The notes below the pieces were generated by a model. It had not been told where the DNA came from. It did not search any database and saw only the letters and a list, made by a program, of their open reading frames with translations. Positions 63,099-64,000 of a stretch of DNA of 64,000 bases are shown here, one piece after another. A program made the position numbers and the translations under genes. Position 1 is the first letter of the stretch. Each line of letters begins with the position of its first letter. The stretch is taken from NCBI GenBank assembly GCA_035289305.1, contig DATDXN010000026.1, forward strand, positions 8,731 to 72,730. The letters run 5' to 3'. This DNA is from Patescibacteria group bacterium (GTDB lineage: Bacteria > Patescibacteriota > Microgenomatia > UBA1406 > HO2-37-13b).

Positions 63099-64000
63099 TC
63101 ACCCACGTATAGATTTTAAGTACCACACATATATTTTATTTATCATATCAAAAAAATCGTGACGAGGTTTCCATCCGACCATTTTTTTTATCTTTGACCA
63201 ATCAAGCGATTGATAGGGAATTTCGTTTTTTGCCGTGTTCAAAATACGATATTTCAGCTTTTTCTTTACTATTTTCTCTATCAATTTCATAAGTTCCAAG
63301 ACTGATAACGTTTCGCGTGAACCAAAATTAAAGGCTTCTCCTTTAACCTTTTCAATATTTTCTGCAAGCGCTATATATCCGGCAACAACGTCTTTGACAT
63401 AGAGATAATCGCGTATGTATTTCCCATTACTGCGTATTTCCAACGTCTCCTGACGTATCAGCGCTTTCATAATGCCGGGAATAATGCGTGAAAAATTCAA
63501 ATCTCCTTCTCCATAAATATTGCCAAAACGCGTGGTAACGGCAGGAACGCCATAGGTTTTGAAGTAAGAGTAGACGATCAAGTCAGCCGCGGACTTTGAT
63601 ACTTCATACGGATGGTCTCCTTTGAGCGCGTCTTGCTCCGTATACTTTTTCTTTCCATGCTTCCCATATGCTTTATCAGAGGAGGCGACAATAACTGCCT
63701 TCACGCACGGGAAGAGCCGAGCACTCTCCAGTACGTTAATGGTCCCGAGAATATTGGAGTACAGTGTTCGTTTGGGATTATGGTAGGCGACGTCAACCAA
63801 TGGTTGAGCGGCCAAATGAAAAATATACTCGATATCAAACTTTGTGACAATGTCAAATACTTTTTCAAAATTGCACACATCAACATCAACCATGGTAACT
63901 TTTTCTTCAAGCTTTTGAGTAAAAAAATAGGAAAGGGGACTTTGCGTTTGAAACGTTGTCACAACATGAACATTTTGCTTCACGAGCGCCTCAACAAGGT
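63099..64000 (-). CDS. extended-SDR NDP-hexose 4,6-dehydratase-like enzyme (CDP-glucose 4,6-dehydratase-like); 5' end outside the window
   Basis: The frame stays open to the window edge (reads ..LVEALVKQNVHVV..). FHLAAQPLV, SSDKAYG, YEVSKSAAD (YxxxK) and GDLNFSRIIPG are present. The AAQPLV and RIIP blocks resemble RfbG-type enzymes. Confidence 0.6.
   Translation of the reverse strand, partial: LVEALVKQNVHVVTTFQTQSPLSYFFTQKLEEKVTMVDVDVCNFEKVFDIVTKFDIEYIFHLAAQPLVDVAYHNPKRTLYSNILGTINVLESARLFPCVKAVIVASSDKAYGKHGKKKYTEQDALKGDHPYEVSKSAADLIVYSYFKTYGVPAVTTRFGNIYGEGDLNFSRIIPGIMKALIRQETLEIRSNGKYIRDYLYVKDVVAGYIALAENIEKVKGEAFNFGSRETLSVLELMKLIEKIVKKKLKYRILNTAKNEIPYQSLDWSKIKKMVGWKPRHDFFDMINKIYVWYLKSIRG

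Noticed and set aside
1-64000. Search by eye for rRNA, tRNA, CRISPR arrays, transposases, integrases, IS inverted repeats and prophage genes
   Set aside because: None was recognised. Intergenic space is nearly absent (the longest spacers are about 50-85 nt), so there is no room for such elements. Small ncRNAs cannot be excluded without computation.

Overview
AT-rich, very gene-dense bacterial window: most junctions are under 15 nt or overlap, and no rRNA, tRNA, CRISPR, transposase or integrase was recognised. Missing Shine-Dalgarno motifs, dockerin-like repeats and the abundance of GT-C-like membrane proteins suggest a streamlined CPR/Patescibacteria-type genome, but lineage is inference only. 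The left ~9.7 kb holds the folD 3' end, a SAM methyltransferase, lepA, an AbiEi/AbiEii type IV toxin-antitoxin pair, a GT39-like membrane protein, an 819-aa orphan coiled-coil/HExxH protein and two small exported proteins. From ~9.7 kb to the right edge (over 54 kb) runs one continuous cell-surface glycan locus. (a) A Wzx-like flippase, a Wzm/Wzt-like ABC exporter and three cytoplasmic glycosyltransferases. (b) A 14-kb minus-strand operon of seven giant polytopic membrane proteins from two alternating paralog families (A and B) that share a C-terminal beta-rich module, with a fourth family A copy at 39.2 kb. (c) A small-molecule activation cassette: HAD-IB phosphatase, nucleotidyltransferase, methyltransferase, Asp/Glu racemase and two unknowns. 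(d) A membrane protein fused to a discoidin domain, a UDP-galactopyranose-mutase-like flavoenzyme and another large membrane protein. (e) A 22-kb sugar-tailoring region with two split transketolases, two acetolactate-synthase-like ThDP enzymes, an E1-type (RfbH/DdhC) 3-dehydrase with its diagnostic Fe-S and His signatures, SDR enzymes, a C-methyltransferase-like and an FkbM methyltransferase, a NeuB-like synthase plus HAD phosphatase, three GtrB/ArnC-like polyprenyl-phosphate glycosyltransferases and a membrane-anchored metzincin with dockerin-like repeats. The best candidates for undescribed biology are the amplified A/B membrane-protein array and its likely link to lipid-linked branched or higher-carbon sugar donors made by the ThDP-enzyme modules. 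All functions are inferred from motifs read by eye; no database search was possible.
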